DNA from: Podarcis muralis
Taxonomy: Eukaryota
Assembly: GCF_964188315.1 (NCBI RefSeq)
Contig: NC_135667.1
Coordinates: 24,986,001-25,050,000, forward strand
Direction: 5' to 3'
Length of the DNA stretch: 64,000 bases
Of the stretch, positions 23,232 to 34,600 are shown piece by piece. The notes beneath the pieces were generated by a model. The model ran no database searches and was not told the origin of the DNA. It worked only from the letters and a program-made list of their open reading frames with translations. The translations under genes were made by a program, and so were the position numbers. The stretch's first letter is position 1. Each line of letters begins with the position of its first letter.

Positions 23232-24285
23232 CTTAACTATTGGAAGTATTTCTTTTTTAAAAGTTCTAGAAGAGTGGCTCTGTTATTGTGTTTTAGCAAC
23301 ACCAGCAGAGCAGTTGTGGCACCTAAAATTAGAAAGGATTTAATGAAAGTCTGTTGGTTGAGGGGAATATGCAGGCAATTGTCTGTGGGGTTTGCCCCCT
23401 ATCTCTATATGAGGTAATGAGTGATGCCAGTAGTAGACATTCAGCTGACACCACTAATTCACCCAGTGCTCATAGCATTTTAGAGTTGGAAGGGAGCATG
23501 GAGAGCCTCTCAGTTGAGACCCATCTTGATTGCATGTTGAATCAAGAATGAGAAAGCAGAATCAAATCCTAACTATAGGTTATAAGGGCAACCTTGTTAT
23601 TAGTTGTAAATGGGGGGGGGGACACCTCCTTGGAGTGTGGTTACATAAAGGAACTTAACTGTGATGTTTCAGATTTTGTTTGCTAACAGTAATGCTTTTA
23701 CTTTATTTTTTTAAAATGCAAACCACACACCACCTAGCATTAATGAAATATCATGTGGCTTTGATGAGAGCTCAGGGTTTAAGTCCAATCACCAGAATTT
23801 TGAAACATCACATTATTATCTTCTCTTACTGATAAATGTAATCTATTTTTATCATAGAATAATCATGTCTGCATTAATCTTACTGCTGTATTAAACACTT
23901 CAAGGTCTTTTCAGAACTGAAATATGAGCAGCTTTCAAGCCCTAGTCTCCTCTGTGGTTGAACAAATGGAATTCCACTCACCTGTCTTTTTGTCTGGAAA
24001 AAGAAAGGCCAAAATTCTGGAGTGCGGTCTTTAGAAGAAGATATAGATTTTATGACAAGGAAGAATAAATTAAGCCTCCCTGCTGTCTGTAGTGTTTCAG
24101 ACAGTAGGTCCATGGAGAAGATATTTAAATTTCTGTAGTGCTTCAGAGAATCACTCCTTGGAGAACCTCACCATAATGATTTGCAAGTCCTGATTTACAC
24201 AACAAGTGGTGCAATTGTCTTTATCATAATAAAGTATTGTATATATTGTGGCGGTTAGAGTGTTGAACTTGATTAACTTATGTAC

Positions 24286-24442
24286 CACTGCAAAAAATAT
24301 TTTGTAACTGAGGAAGGTCACAAAATATGAGTTTGGTCCCACAGAAATTTAGCATGAAACTGAAACTGGATTACAATGCTTCGTGGATAAGGTTGCATAT
24401 CCAGGACGCAATTGCCATTTGAATCCAGACACTCCAATTCAT
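24286..24442 (-). pseudogene. Degenerate OR14-like internal fragment (TM4-ECL2), 317 aa subtype
   Basis: Minus strand reads MNWSVWIQMAIASWICNLIHEAL*SSFSFMLNFCGTK...FCDLPQLQNIFCS; not called as an OR by the ORF track. Confidence 0.85.
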
Positions 24443-24780
24443 TTTCCATCTGGGAGGGCATCCATAGCTTCTTCACTACTGCCTAAAATAAGTCATACTT
24501 TGTGTATTTACACTGTCGAAGGTTGATTCTCAAACAAGCCAGCTGACAAGGAGGAATAATCAATCTTGCTCAGATCAAATGATCAAAGAGCACAAGGGTG
24601 CAAATTATCAGCACTGTTTGATACTGAGGGATAGTAATCCTATTACTAGAGCAATGCTGGAATCCTATTACTAGAGCAATTGCTTCAGTGATATGCCATC
24701 ATGGACAAAGTCCTGGAAGAAAAGGCCTTAACATAGCCTGCCCAGTTCTGTCCCAATTGCTCTATCCAAAAAAGCATGAT

Positions 24781-25577
24781 TTGTGAGTCGAGGCCCCACT
24801 CCCCGCTTTGTGATGAAATAAGACTCACGGAGACAAGTATTTTAGATTAATGGGCTAAAAATGCCACAACTTTATTGGTTACAGAATGTGAGTGGCATTG
24901 GCTTAGGCATTGGATCCGAACAGACTATACCTGACTCCTGCCCGCTCTGCAGGAAGTCACACAAGGTTTAACAACCAGTAGGGGGAGCTTGTTGATGGAA
25001 ATCAACTGGAAGCTTTCCCTAGAGTCACCAGAGGGTTGTGCCATGGCCCTAGCCACCACCTGGGCTTTGGACAGGAACCACGACCACCAGATTCCTTTAA
25101 CAGAATACCCTTCAAAGGGAGGGGTAGGTGATGGCAACAACCTCCCCTCTAACACACAACACATTTCCAATGCCTAACCACCAAACCTTACAAAGTTGTG
25201 ATGATTTGCTACGAGGTAGGTGAAAAACCAAGTGGCTGGTGCCAATCTGCCAAGTGGAAAAAAATTCCTACCAGGCCCCTTGGACAACCAAGTTGACCAA
25301 CCTAGGTCCATAGCAAGGTCAGGTGCTGAAGCGAAATCTAGAGGGAGGGAGGGAGGGAGGGTGATCTGAGGAAGCCAGAACAACAAGGAAGACCTTGTGG
25401 GCCTGTGACCATTTAAAAACCGCTAAACCACGCCCCCAGCCAGTTGGATTGGATGGCTGGGGTGCATGACATGGGCCCAGGACTCCAGTGATGCAGGGGC
25501 CACACACCCCCTGTGAGCATGGGAAGTGATTCCTGCTCACAACCGCTCCCTTCCAGGAATAAGTAAGTTTTCCATTT
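24781..25577 (-). mobile_element. Non-autonomous YR-family element
   Basis: 5' AAATGG...GGGAGCGG-TTGTGAG, CCAAT/TTTAAA region, 3' module homologous to 31780-32170 (ttaggcattgg, ggccatggcac, ccaatgcctaagccaa, aataaagttgtggc), ending in CTCACAA. Confidence 0.78.
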
Positions 25578-25808
25578 AAACCCCATGGGGGAGCGGGGAA
25601 TGAGGCCAGCTATGCACCCGTGGATGGTGAAAATACTATTGATACTATCATTTCTGGACTATTAATTAGTCAAGGTCCTTTCACTTATTCATTTCTACAA
25701 CCAAAATATTCACAATGTTTCAAGTTAAAAGTCAAGTTTGGATATAAAATTACAAACAAAAGGGTTGTCATTTGAATTTATTTTAGGTAAAGGATGCTCA
25801 GTGAGATA

Positions 25809-26050
25809 CAGTGGTACCTCAGGTTACAGACACCTTGGGTTACAGACACTTCAGGTTACAGACTCCACTAACCCGGAAGTAGTATCTCAGGTTAAGAACT
25901 TTGCTTCAGGATGAGAGCAGAAATCCACTGGTGGCAGCACAGTGGCAGCGGGAGGCCCCATTAGCTAAAGTGGTACCTCAGGTTAAGAACAGTTTCAGGT
26001 TAAGAACAGATCTCCCGAACAAATTAAGTTCTTAACCAGAGGTACCACTG
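25809..26050. mobile_element. Tc1/pogo-type MITE
   Basis: TIR CAGTGGTACCTC / GAGGTACCACTG, TA TSD. Confidence 0.93.
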
Positions 26051-26234
26051 TACAATGAAATACACTGGGGATTTATTTGGTCCTTTTGTATTTATTTTGC
26101 TTGTACATTGTTGCAAAGAAAGCAGTTGGGTGTGAAAGAAGAAATGATAAGGGATGCAAAACTGAATTGTATTCCATTCTCTGGTATGCGGGGGTGTTAC
26201 ATTCGCATTAGAATTTGTAACCTTTGTCAAAAGT

Positions 26235-26510
26235 CCAGAAGCTTTTTTACTAGGCATTATAGGTCAAGATCTGCCGAAAGAGAAGAATTAAATCTTCATG
26301 TATGCTACAACAGTGGCTAGGATACTCCTAGCCCAAAAGTGGAACAGTGACAAGATACCAACTAAAGATAAACTCATGGACTACGCTGAAATGGCCAAAT
26401 TGAGAGATTAAGAGGCAAAGACAATAGATACTTTATAAAGGAGTGGGAACCATTTGTGATGTATTCACAGAAAAACTGTAAAGAAATGAACTCACTAGGA
26501 GGATTTGATT
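26235..26510 (+). mobile_element. L1-type LINE ORF2 3' fragment
   Basis: FLLGIIGQDLPKE...MYATTVARILLAQKWNSDKIPTK..KLMDYAEMAKL...KEWEPF. Confidence 0.8.
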
Positions 26511-26819
26511 AAACAATCAACAATAAGAGTGTCTCTCTGTCTTCCTCCCCCCCCCCCCAGAGAAGTCCCCAGAAACCAGATGCGTTTTCATACTTGCAGT
26601 CTAGCACTTACTACCACTCGAGCAATATGGGTTTACTCTGTCACACTCATAACTGCAGCATCAAGGACCTGCTTCTCTGCTTCTGAGTGACGCTGCTGAG
26701 GCCGGTGCAGGGTCCTTCTGCCACCGCCGCTGCTGCAGCTTGTCCCCAGGAGTAACTGCCAAAGCATTCCCTCGCAGGGCACAGGATGGCATGGTCAGGG
26801 TAAGGGCTTTTATACTGGG

Positions 26820-27045
26820 TAGTAGATTGCAGCCTGGTCCATTGCTTTCTTTTTATGGATCAATGGTCTCGTTAGACAGTAAAATTATTGTTGAATTGCT
26901 GTTTTAGGGGTTGTTTTTCATCATGTGGAATGGATTAATCCATTTCCCATTACTTTCTATGGGAAAGCAAGCCTTGGTTTAAGTACGCTTGGGTTTAAGA
27001 ATGGACTTCCAGAATGGATTAAGTTCATAAGCCGAGGTAGCACGG
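26820..27045. mobile_element. Partial Tc1/pogo-type MITE (right arm)
   Basis: ttactttctatgggaaagc...ggattaagttcataagccgaggtagcacgg+TA, a degenerate version of the GAGGTACCACTG TIR. Confidence 0.65.
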
Positions 27046-27911
27046 TATTAAGATATAACCAAAAAAAGCAGGGAAATGATTATGCAACAAACCAGGAGAG
27101 GAAGTTGAGTGAAGTCACGGGGGGAGGGGGGTATTTGGGTTTGTCTTTATATTTGAGATTATGTTACTGTGATCAAGATAAAAATGTTAAAATCAATAAA
27201 AACTACCGGTAATAGAAAAGAATTTGTAATGTAAATTGTGTATCACATCTATTTCAATTCATTCCACCAACATGCTTATGGGTTTTTATTTTTATTTACC
27301 CTAAGCCATGTCCAAGAATCCATTCCCCACGCCCCCACATGCATATATACCAGATGGAGAATCACAGATCCTTCTGTTCCCTCCATTCCCACCTTGGCAT
27401 TCCCAAAGTCCTTTAACATGCAACCCCCTCCCCAGGAAATCTGGATATTGCAGCTTTGTAGGGGTAACAGTTTTCACTCAATAACTATTTATTATTTGTA
27501 CATTATTGTTAATCTACAGCACCCTCTGTCATACATTCACTACGTTTAACGAGAAACTAGACAAGCATATCTTAAAACAAATACCAGGGCTTCAATTTTA
27601 AGAGAGTCAGATTTGTGAGTAACAACACAAAAACATAATTCTTTCGAAAATGTCTACATAAGATACAATCAAGATAGTTCTCTGCAGCACTGTAGCAGCA
27701 GCAATAATGGTCCATAACTGAAGAAATAATAAGATCGACATATTCTCTGTCACTAAATTTGTAAAAATGGCAAGGAGCATTTTAATATGATAAATAGTTA
27801 ATATTATGAAATCCTCTATTTCAAAGGTGAAGAAATACAGTTAATTTCCTAAATTCAACCTCAGATATACATTAAGTGTTTCCATTTTTCCAAAAATCTG
27901 GAAGTGATGAA

Positions 27912-28865
27912 TCATGCAATGAGATGTTTCAGTTTTCTGGGTATTTTCCACACCGCCAGATGGATGTCCTTGTTCCTAAGGCTATAAATAATGGGATTAA
28001 GAACTGGTGGCAAAACTGTATATAACACAGCAGAAACCAAGTCCACTGTGGGGGAAGAAAGTGCTTGTGGCCTCATGTATGAAAACACACCTGTGGTGAT
28101 GAATACAGAAAAGACAGTCAGGTGAGGAGTGCAGGTAGAGAAAGCTTTATATCTGCCTTGGACTGATGGGATCCTCAGCACAGCAGAGAAGATGTAGCCA
28201 TAGGAAGCAAAGATAAATGCAAAACAAAAAGAGTCAATAAAAAACCCAAGGACAAAAATCAGAACTTGATTCACGTTTGTATCACTGCAAGAAATCTTTT
28301 GCAATTGAGGAATGTCACAAAAATATTGCCCAATGATATTGGTCCCACAGAAATTTAGCACGAAAGTAAAACTGGTTTCCAATACTGCATGAATCAGGTT
28401 GCTTATCCAGGAAGCAGCTACCATTTGCATGCAGGCATCCCAATTCATGATTAAGGTATATTGTAGTGGGTGACAGATGGCTACAAAACGGTCATAAGCC
28501 ATAACAGTGAGCAAAGCAAGCTCACCACCAACAAATGTGACCACTAAGAAGACCTGTGTGACACATCCGGCAAAAGAAATCATGTTGTTGTTTGTCAATG
28601 AAATGGCGATGGATTTGGGCACAGTAGTGGAAATGGAGCAAACATCAAGCAATGACAGGTTGATCAAAAAGAAGTACATCGGGCTGTGAAGGTGGTGGTC
28701 TAGGGCCACAGCTGTGATGATGAGAGAATTTCCCACTAAGGCTGTTAAGTAAATGAAGAGAAATATTGCAGAATGCAAAATCTGCAAATCACGAGTTTCA
28801 GAAAACCCCATGAGATGGAACTCTGTTGGAGTAGATTGGTTAGCCATTTCTCTCATTTCTGTCAT
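27912..28865 (-). CDS. Olfactory receptor, family 14-like (317 aa subtype)
   Basis: Intact ORF with full OR motif set (MAYDRFVAIC). Confidence 0.96.
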   Translation of the reverse strand: MTEMREMANQSTPTEFHLMGFSETRDLQILHSAIFLFIYLTALVGNSLIITAVALDHHLHSPMYFFLINLSLLDVCSISTTVPKSIAISLTNNNMISFAGCVTQVFLVVTFVGGELALLTVMAYDRFVAICHPLQYTLIMNWDACMQMVAASWISNLIHAVLETSFTFVLNFCGTNIIGQYFCDIPQLQKISCSDTNVNQVLIFVLGFFIDSFCFAFIFASYGYIFSAVLRIPSVQGRYKAFSTCTPHLTVFSVFITTGVFSYMRPQALSSPTVDLVSAVLYTVLPPVLNPIIYSLRNKDIHLAVWKIPRKLKHLIA

Positions 28866-31800
28866 TCTGCAGATAGAAGTTAAATAGTTGTGCGTTAGTG
28901 GAGCTTACCAATTTTTGGACATTCTAATTTTTTAAATTATCACCTTAGATATTGCGCTAGTTCACAACAACACATTTATCCACATCAAGAACCATGTATG
29001 CACACTATTAACTGCTGATGTGTTCTTTCATTCTGATATGACATGAAGCTTCATGGGGATAGTATGTGCACTCACATATCTTCAGCTAATATGATTTATC
29101 CACCCTCAAAGACTGGGGGAAAGGCAACAGAGACTGAGTACATACATATACTTTTTAAGCCATGTGCCACATGATGTAAATGGTGCAGTTTTTACAGAAG
29201 TCTTCCATTTTGCCATCAAATGTACATAAACCATTTTTATGAAACATGTAACATTTGGGGGGGGGAGAGAGAGATCACACTGAATTAACTAGATGGGGTA
29301 AAGGAACCACCATTCTAGAAAGTTTATCTGAAATTTCATATAAAACAAAAAAAATGAAATCACTGTGGATATTTTGAAAGATTGTATTATGTGTATCCTC
29401 AGTGAGGCTTTCCTATTTCTTGCTAAATACTTTAGTAAAACATGGAAATGGAATCTTTCTTCAAGTATATTGGAATAAAAAATTGTCAGTTCTCAAATAT
29501 TTGGAGGTTTTCCATCAAAAATATATGACAACAAACTATCATCCAAGTGTATGTGTTTTGAAAGGTGCTCTCCACCCCCCCCCCCAATTGAACAACAGCA
29601 TAGCAATTCACATATTACCTAAGAGCAATAAAGAATCAGCCTGAATGAATTAAGTTCTAGGAATGAAGACTGATTGCTAGAATACTGAAACAGCAAAGAT
29701 TTCAACAACCTGCAAGGAGAATTGAAAAAAATCCAAAACATTATTTTATTTATTTCTAGTAACATGGCCCATGGAAACACTCAAAAAATGGCTATACTTC
29801 TCAATGTGTAGGCAGAATCATATTAATTTCTATCCTATTCAAAAAAGACAAGACAAATTCCATTTGGATAACTAATTTCTATTCTAGTGATTGTATTACC
29901 ATATATTATAATTTATTTCATTTAATTTTTTTGGAAAAGATGACCCAGAAGCATCCATCTCTCAATTAATTTCTGTCATATGCAGTAGGTAATTTGTTTA
30001 ACCAGCCAATCTAATGAGCTGACAAGATAAAGACTGCGCCCTGAATCATTAAAAGCTTCCCATTGTCGGAAATGCCATAGTTACTGAAGAATTCCGGAGT
30101 ATCTGCTTACCACCATTGTTGCTGTGAACAAGAGAGAGTTATGGTAGCACTTGAACTTACTCCATTATCATATTTCTTGTCAATTGTCAAATGTCAGTTG
30201 TCCATATTCCAGCGTGAAATATATCTCTGCACAGTTTTTCCAAGTTTTCTGTTGCCTTCTCCTATATATATATAAAATGATACTTTTTTAAAAAAATAAG
30301 AAGTCCACTTTACACCAACTACTACATCAGTCATTTTGCAATCTTTTTAGAATTGAAAGCTCGAGCATCCTTGAGTCCCTTCATTCTCTTTAAAGAGATC
30401 AATAAGGATTATACTCACCACTGTTTCTCTCAGATTAGAGTGCCAATGTGCTTGACGGTGATATTTATTTGAAGGTACATGGCTTGTCAGGAGGAGGTGG
30501 AGAAGGTGATGTCATCCTCCTTTCCTGTGCTATTTCTGGTTCTCTCTTTGGAGAACATACAAGTCCCATGGTGCTGTGGAAAACAAATGTTGTCCATTTC
30601 CCTACTAGTTCTTTTAATATGCATAAGAATATAAGAGCCTGCAGGATCAATCCAGAAAACGAAGGACACAAAGGGCAGATGAAAAACTCAACCTAGCCAG
30701 CCCAGTTCTGCCCCAGTTGCTCCTCAATATATGTGAAAAGCAAGACGATCAGGAGAATAGTGATATCGCATCAGAGTATTTCCACCCAATCCTTGTATGT
30801 TAAGGTTGTCTCATTCATTAATTTCTGCCAGTGAAATGTACACAATGTGTAAATGAAAAGAAGTGGCAATGTTTCAAGGACAACAAAAATCCAAAACACA
30901 CACACCAGTATAATATCAGCAAACTGCATTCCCCAGATTTACTTGTTCTCAGATGTGCAAACAAAGATGTCATTGCAAAACCTCTTGAGAATCTTTGCTC
31001 CAGGGAAGTTTGTGCTCTCCCCATGTTGGTGCCACTTGAATTAATTTATATTTGCTGAAGGAGACCCCTTGAGGCACAATATTGTACAAAGAAGATGAAA
31101 AAGGCTCCAAAAATTAATTGACTTCTAGTATGCAAGGATACTTTTTCATTTTTTTTCTTGTCGTGCATACCTAAATTTCATATACGTAACATCACGACTA
31201 TTTTTATTGCTCCCCCCACCTCATCTGTTTGCAACACTGGCAAATTCTTTCTGATCATGAACTTCTACTTCTACTTTCTGATCATGAACTTCTATTTTGA
31301 GCTTCCATAAGTGTTCAGCTGAAGGAGCTTAGGTTGCCCTTCATATGAAGGGTGCTCTTCCATCATGTGCATTAGAGCTTACATATGAAGGTTGGGGAAC
31401 TGGGTGCACCCAATGGCAGTGATAGACATTATAGTAGTGCAGTGGCTCTCAATTGACCTCCGCTCAATTGCATCACTGCTGCTTAGCAGGAGTTAAGAAG
31501 CCTGCACCTGAAAGGCTTTCTTTAGTTGTGTCTGTCTGTTCCCTACTGGAAACTCTCACAGACAAAGTGATAATAATTTAAATTAAAAGATCAGGTGATT
31601 GACAGGTACATGGTCTGGTCAAACTTAGACATCAGCCAGCAGCAGACAGCGTAATGGGGTGCTGGCATACACCTGAGCTCTGCTCACTCACATTGCTGCT
31701 TGCAAAGGATAATCCAGTAATGGCCAGTTCTGCTAGGAACTCAAAAGGAAGTTATCTTCAGGCTTCCATTTAATCCCAATTGCGCATCAAGACCCCAGAG

Positions 31801-32138
31801 CATCCCCAAGGATAAATAAATATACACTGAAACAGAATTTTAGATTAAGGTTAATGGGCAAAACTTTAGGGCAAAACTTTATTGATTGCAGCAATGTGAG
31901 TGGTATTGGCTTAGTCATTGTCAATAACTATATCTGGCTCCTGCCCACCTTGCAGGAAATCTGGAAGGAGCTCCGTTGATGGCAACCAACTGATGCTCAC
32001 CCTGGGGTTCCTGCTGGGTCCTGGCATGGCCCTAACCCCTCAAGCGGACTGCGGATGAGATCTAGACCCACAGATTCCTTTACTGGAATACCCTTGTATT
32101 CCAGTAGATGATGATGACCACACCTCCCTTCCGCCGCA

Positions 32139-32770
32139 TCACAATAAGCCAATGCCTAACCGCCACACGAGCCCCACACGAGGCACCAATACCCTCAGAT
32201 CCTGTAACCAATCCTTCAAACCTCTAACAATCTCGTCCATCCACACATCATTTCCGCCATCAGAAAAATGCATACTATCAGCCCGAAACAGGGCTCTATC
32301 ACTGAAGGTAATACCAGGGTGGTGAATCACTATGCCACCCAGCGCCAACACCTTGTTTGACACCTCAGGGTCAACATGCTTCCTGGTTCTGTTGGTGGCA
32401 GCTGGGCATGAACTATTGTGCCAAACCTGACGCACCAGGAACTGCGACCAAAATATTGTGGTTTCTGGGAGCACTGCTGCCAGCTCCTCCAAGTCCTTCT
32501 TAATGCAAGTCCTCAAGTCCATGCCCTTCAGCAGTGGCAAGTCATTTTCGCCCAGCTGCACAACCAACGCAGAAGGTGGGCCCCAAGTGGTCACCTGAGC
32601 CTTCACCAGTGGTAAAACTTCTTTCCAGTGCATCCCACATCTGGACACCCAGGAAACCTTGACTTGAGCAGGTAAGCCGAGCTGGCACCCAAAGCCAGTC
32701 TCCACTGCTCGCACACTGGCCCAGTGCACGATGCTGTGACCCACGATCCACACATGCAACTCTGGCAACA
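32139..32770 (-). CDS. SGNH/GDSL-type hydrolase exon of YR retroelement (open, no ATG)
   Basis: Blocks VWIVGHSIV (S), RCGMHW (G), QLGEND (N), ADSMH (D-x-x-H); the track start is GTG overlapping a splice AG. Confidence 0.82.
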
Positions 32771-32801
32771 CTGAAAAAAAGGAAAAGACAAAACATGTTA
32801 G
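32771..32801 (-). promoter_or_regulatory. 3' splice acceptor before SGNH exon
   Basis: CTAAC-atgttttgtcttttcctttttttCAG|TG; identical in copy B at 44658-44688. Confidence 0.75.
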
Positions 32802-32816
32802 GAGGTGGACAACATG

Positions 32817-33698
32817 CTACTTGCTTTTCTGGATGTATCCCTTATAGGCATTGGACTTTCACCAACCCAAGTTTTTTATCCTGTCCACTGAAAGGCCCCA
32901 ATGAACTGCCGTAATAGCGGCGCCAATCCTGAAAGAATGGGCAGCAAATTCCAATGCTGGCAAGCCACAGGCCGCAATAGCCTTCCACGTAACCCTAGTG
33001 AATTGATGCCTTGCTAAAGGGTTTCTATCCTCATGTATCAAGAAGGGGCAAATCTGTAGGATTCCAGGAGGCCTAATCTGTAAATACCTCCTGGTGTTTT
33101 TTACATGCGCCATTGCAGGCAACTTAAGCAGGGGCCCCTTAGCCCTTTGGTCCATTTTGGACCGACTATCCTGGACTACCAATTCCGCCTCTCCCAAAGA
33201 TATGTCCTCCAAGTGCAGACCCATAGGAACTCCCCCACAGACCTCCTCAAAAACAACCTCACCCATTCTATTGCGATAGAATAATTGGAAGATAACAACC
33301 GTGCCTCATACCGGGACCAGTTTTTTGTGAATTTTACATAATAGGTCAAAGGTGACAGGCCTGCGGCCAACACCAGAAGATGGTTGAAGTCTACGCCAGC
33401 CCTCCAGAGCCTTCCGGAGCACAAAAGCTGCACACAGATCATGGGCAAACAGGGGTTTGCTAAAAAAAGAAATGGCAGCAAACTGGATTTTAAGAGTCTT
33501 AGCTGCATGCCAAATCTAATATAAGTGTGCTATGTATTGTGAAACCTGATCTGTAGAAGAGGGTTGATCCACAGCAATAGATACATTCTGCACATGGAAC
33601 GTTATAAAATCAGCCCAGGTTTTCTTGTAAGATTTAAATGTGGAGGGGGCCAAGGAAGAGACTACTCCCTGCATAACTATGCACTTCCAAGGCTCCAT
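32817..33698 (-). pseudogene. DIRS-type tyrosine recombinase, disrupted
   Basis: SSLAPSTFKSYKKTWADF (N-terminal domain), RKALEGWRR, HEDRNPLARHQF, HSFRIGAA, LGW*KSNAYKGY; internal stops and frameshifts. Confidence 0.9.
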
Positions 33699-34016
33699 AG
33701 GTAAACCAGAAAGGGCTCCGGCAACTGCTATGCGTCCAGTGCCAAAGATCTGAAGTGGTCCATGTGAAAGCAAGACAGAGAAGCCAGGTGAATCCCCAGA
33801 AATGTGCCACCACCTTTTATATGCCGCCACGATCACACCACCGATCTCTAATTGGCCAATAGGCCATGGTGTGATTGTGGGGCCATTGTGTGGACTGGGC
33901 TCAATCTCCCACCTCCTCAAGGATAGTAGAGGGGACACACCTTGGGCCTGCATGCAAGGCGGACCCTCAGTTAGGAAGATCCCATTTATCTAGCAATAAG
34001 CAAAAATGAATTCAGT

Positions 34017-34190
34017 CGAAAAATGTATTTGATCCCCTGCTAAATTTGTCCATTTGCCCTCTGACAAAGAAATGATCAGTCCATAATTTTAATGGTAGGT
34101 TTATTGTAGCTGTGAGAGACAGAATAACAACAAGTAAACCCCCAGAAACCCAGAAGACAAAAGTCAGAGATTGATTGACTTTTAAAATAC
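34017..34190 (+). mobile_element. Tc1 transposon terminal fragment
   Basis: gtatttgatcccctgct...ctgacaaagaaatgatcagt.cataattttaatggtaggtttatt...gtgagagacagaataacaaca resembles the terminal repeat of a Tc1 family I recall from fish/amphibians. Confidence 0.7.
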
Positions 34191-34384
34191 CGTAATCAAC
34201 TCATCGTGGAATATGTGCATATACATATCTACACACACACACAAACATAAATATACATGCCGATACACACATGCATGCATACATACATAAATACACACAT
34301 ACATACACACGGAACCGAGCAATTCCTTGCCGCGCCTATGTGGCTACATAATTCGTTCCAGATATATAAGGTATTTTGCAAACA

Positions 34385-34600
34385 TGAAGTTCATCTTGTC
34401 TAACCCCCTGCAATGTGGGATTATGTTGTGGCCCCCTGCAGGAGATGAACCTGCAAACTTGGCATTATCAGCACACTGCTCTAACCACTGAACCATCCAC
34501 AGTCTTCAGGAGCCAACTTTCTGGTTGATACCCTTACAGTGTATGGAAGTGTTGCTGCCCCTGCAGGAAATGAACCTGCAAACCTGGCATCATGGGCATA
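34385..34600 (-). mobile_element. Tandem tRNA-Ile-derived SINE units
   Basis: Same unit as 4739-5065. Confidence 0.8.

Larger units (their letters stand above)
31780..33987 (-). mobile_element. Tyrosine-recombinase retrotransposon (DIRS/Ngaro order), internally deleted
   Basis: 5' CCAAT/TATAAAA region, RNase H tail (SLSCFHMDHFRSLA..QLPEPF..LWSLG), YR, SGNH hydrolase, 3' module with AATAAA; TT at both ends relative to the empty site at 17456-17470. Confidence 0.9.

Noticed and set aside
31773-31781. Apparent 9-bp target site duplication of the YR element
   Set aside because: Comparison with the empty site and with other family termini shows the element itself begins AAATG and ends CAA; only TT is truly shared with the target.
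32139-33698. Bacterial/phage integrase plus esterase as contamination or bacterial gene transfer
   Set aside because: It is embedded in lizard OR-cluster DNA with an empty paralogous site, and has an RNase H tail, splice and polyA signals, all consistent with a eukaryotic YR retrotransposon.
33516-33953. 145-aa ORF as an independent gene (also 45418-45855)
   Set aside because: Its N-terminal part reads through element promoter sequence and overlaps the RNase H tail; only the last ~60 residues are the YR N terminus.
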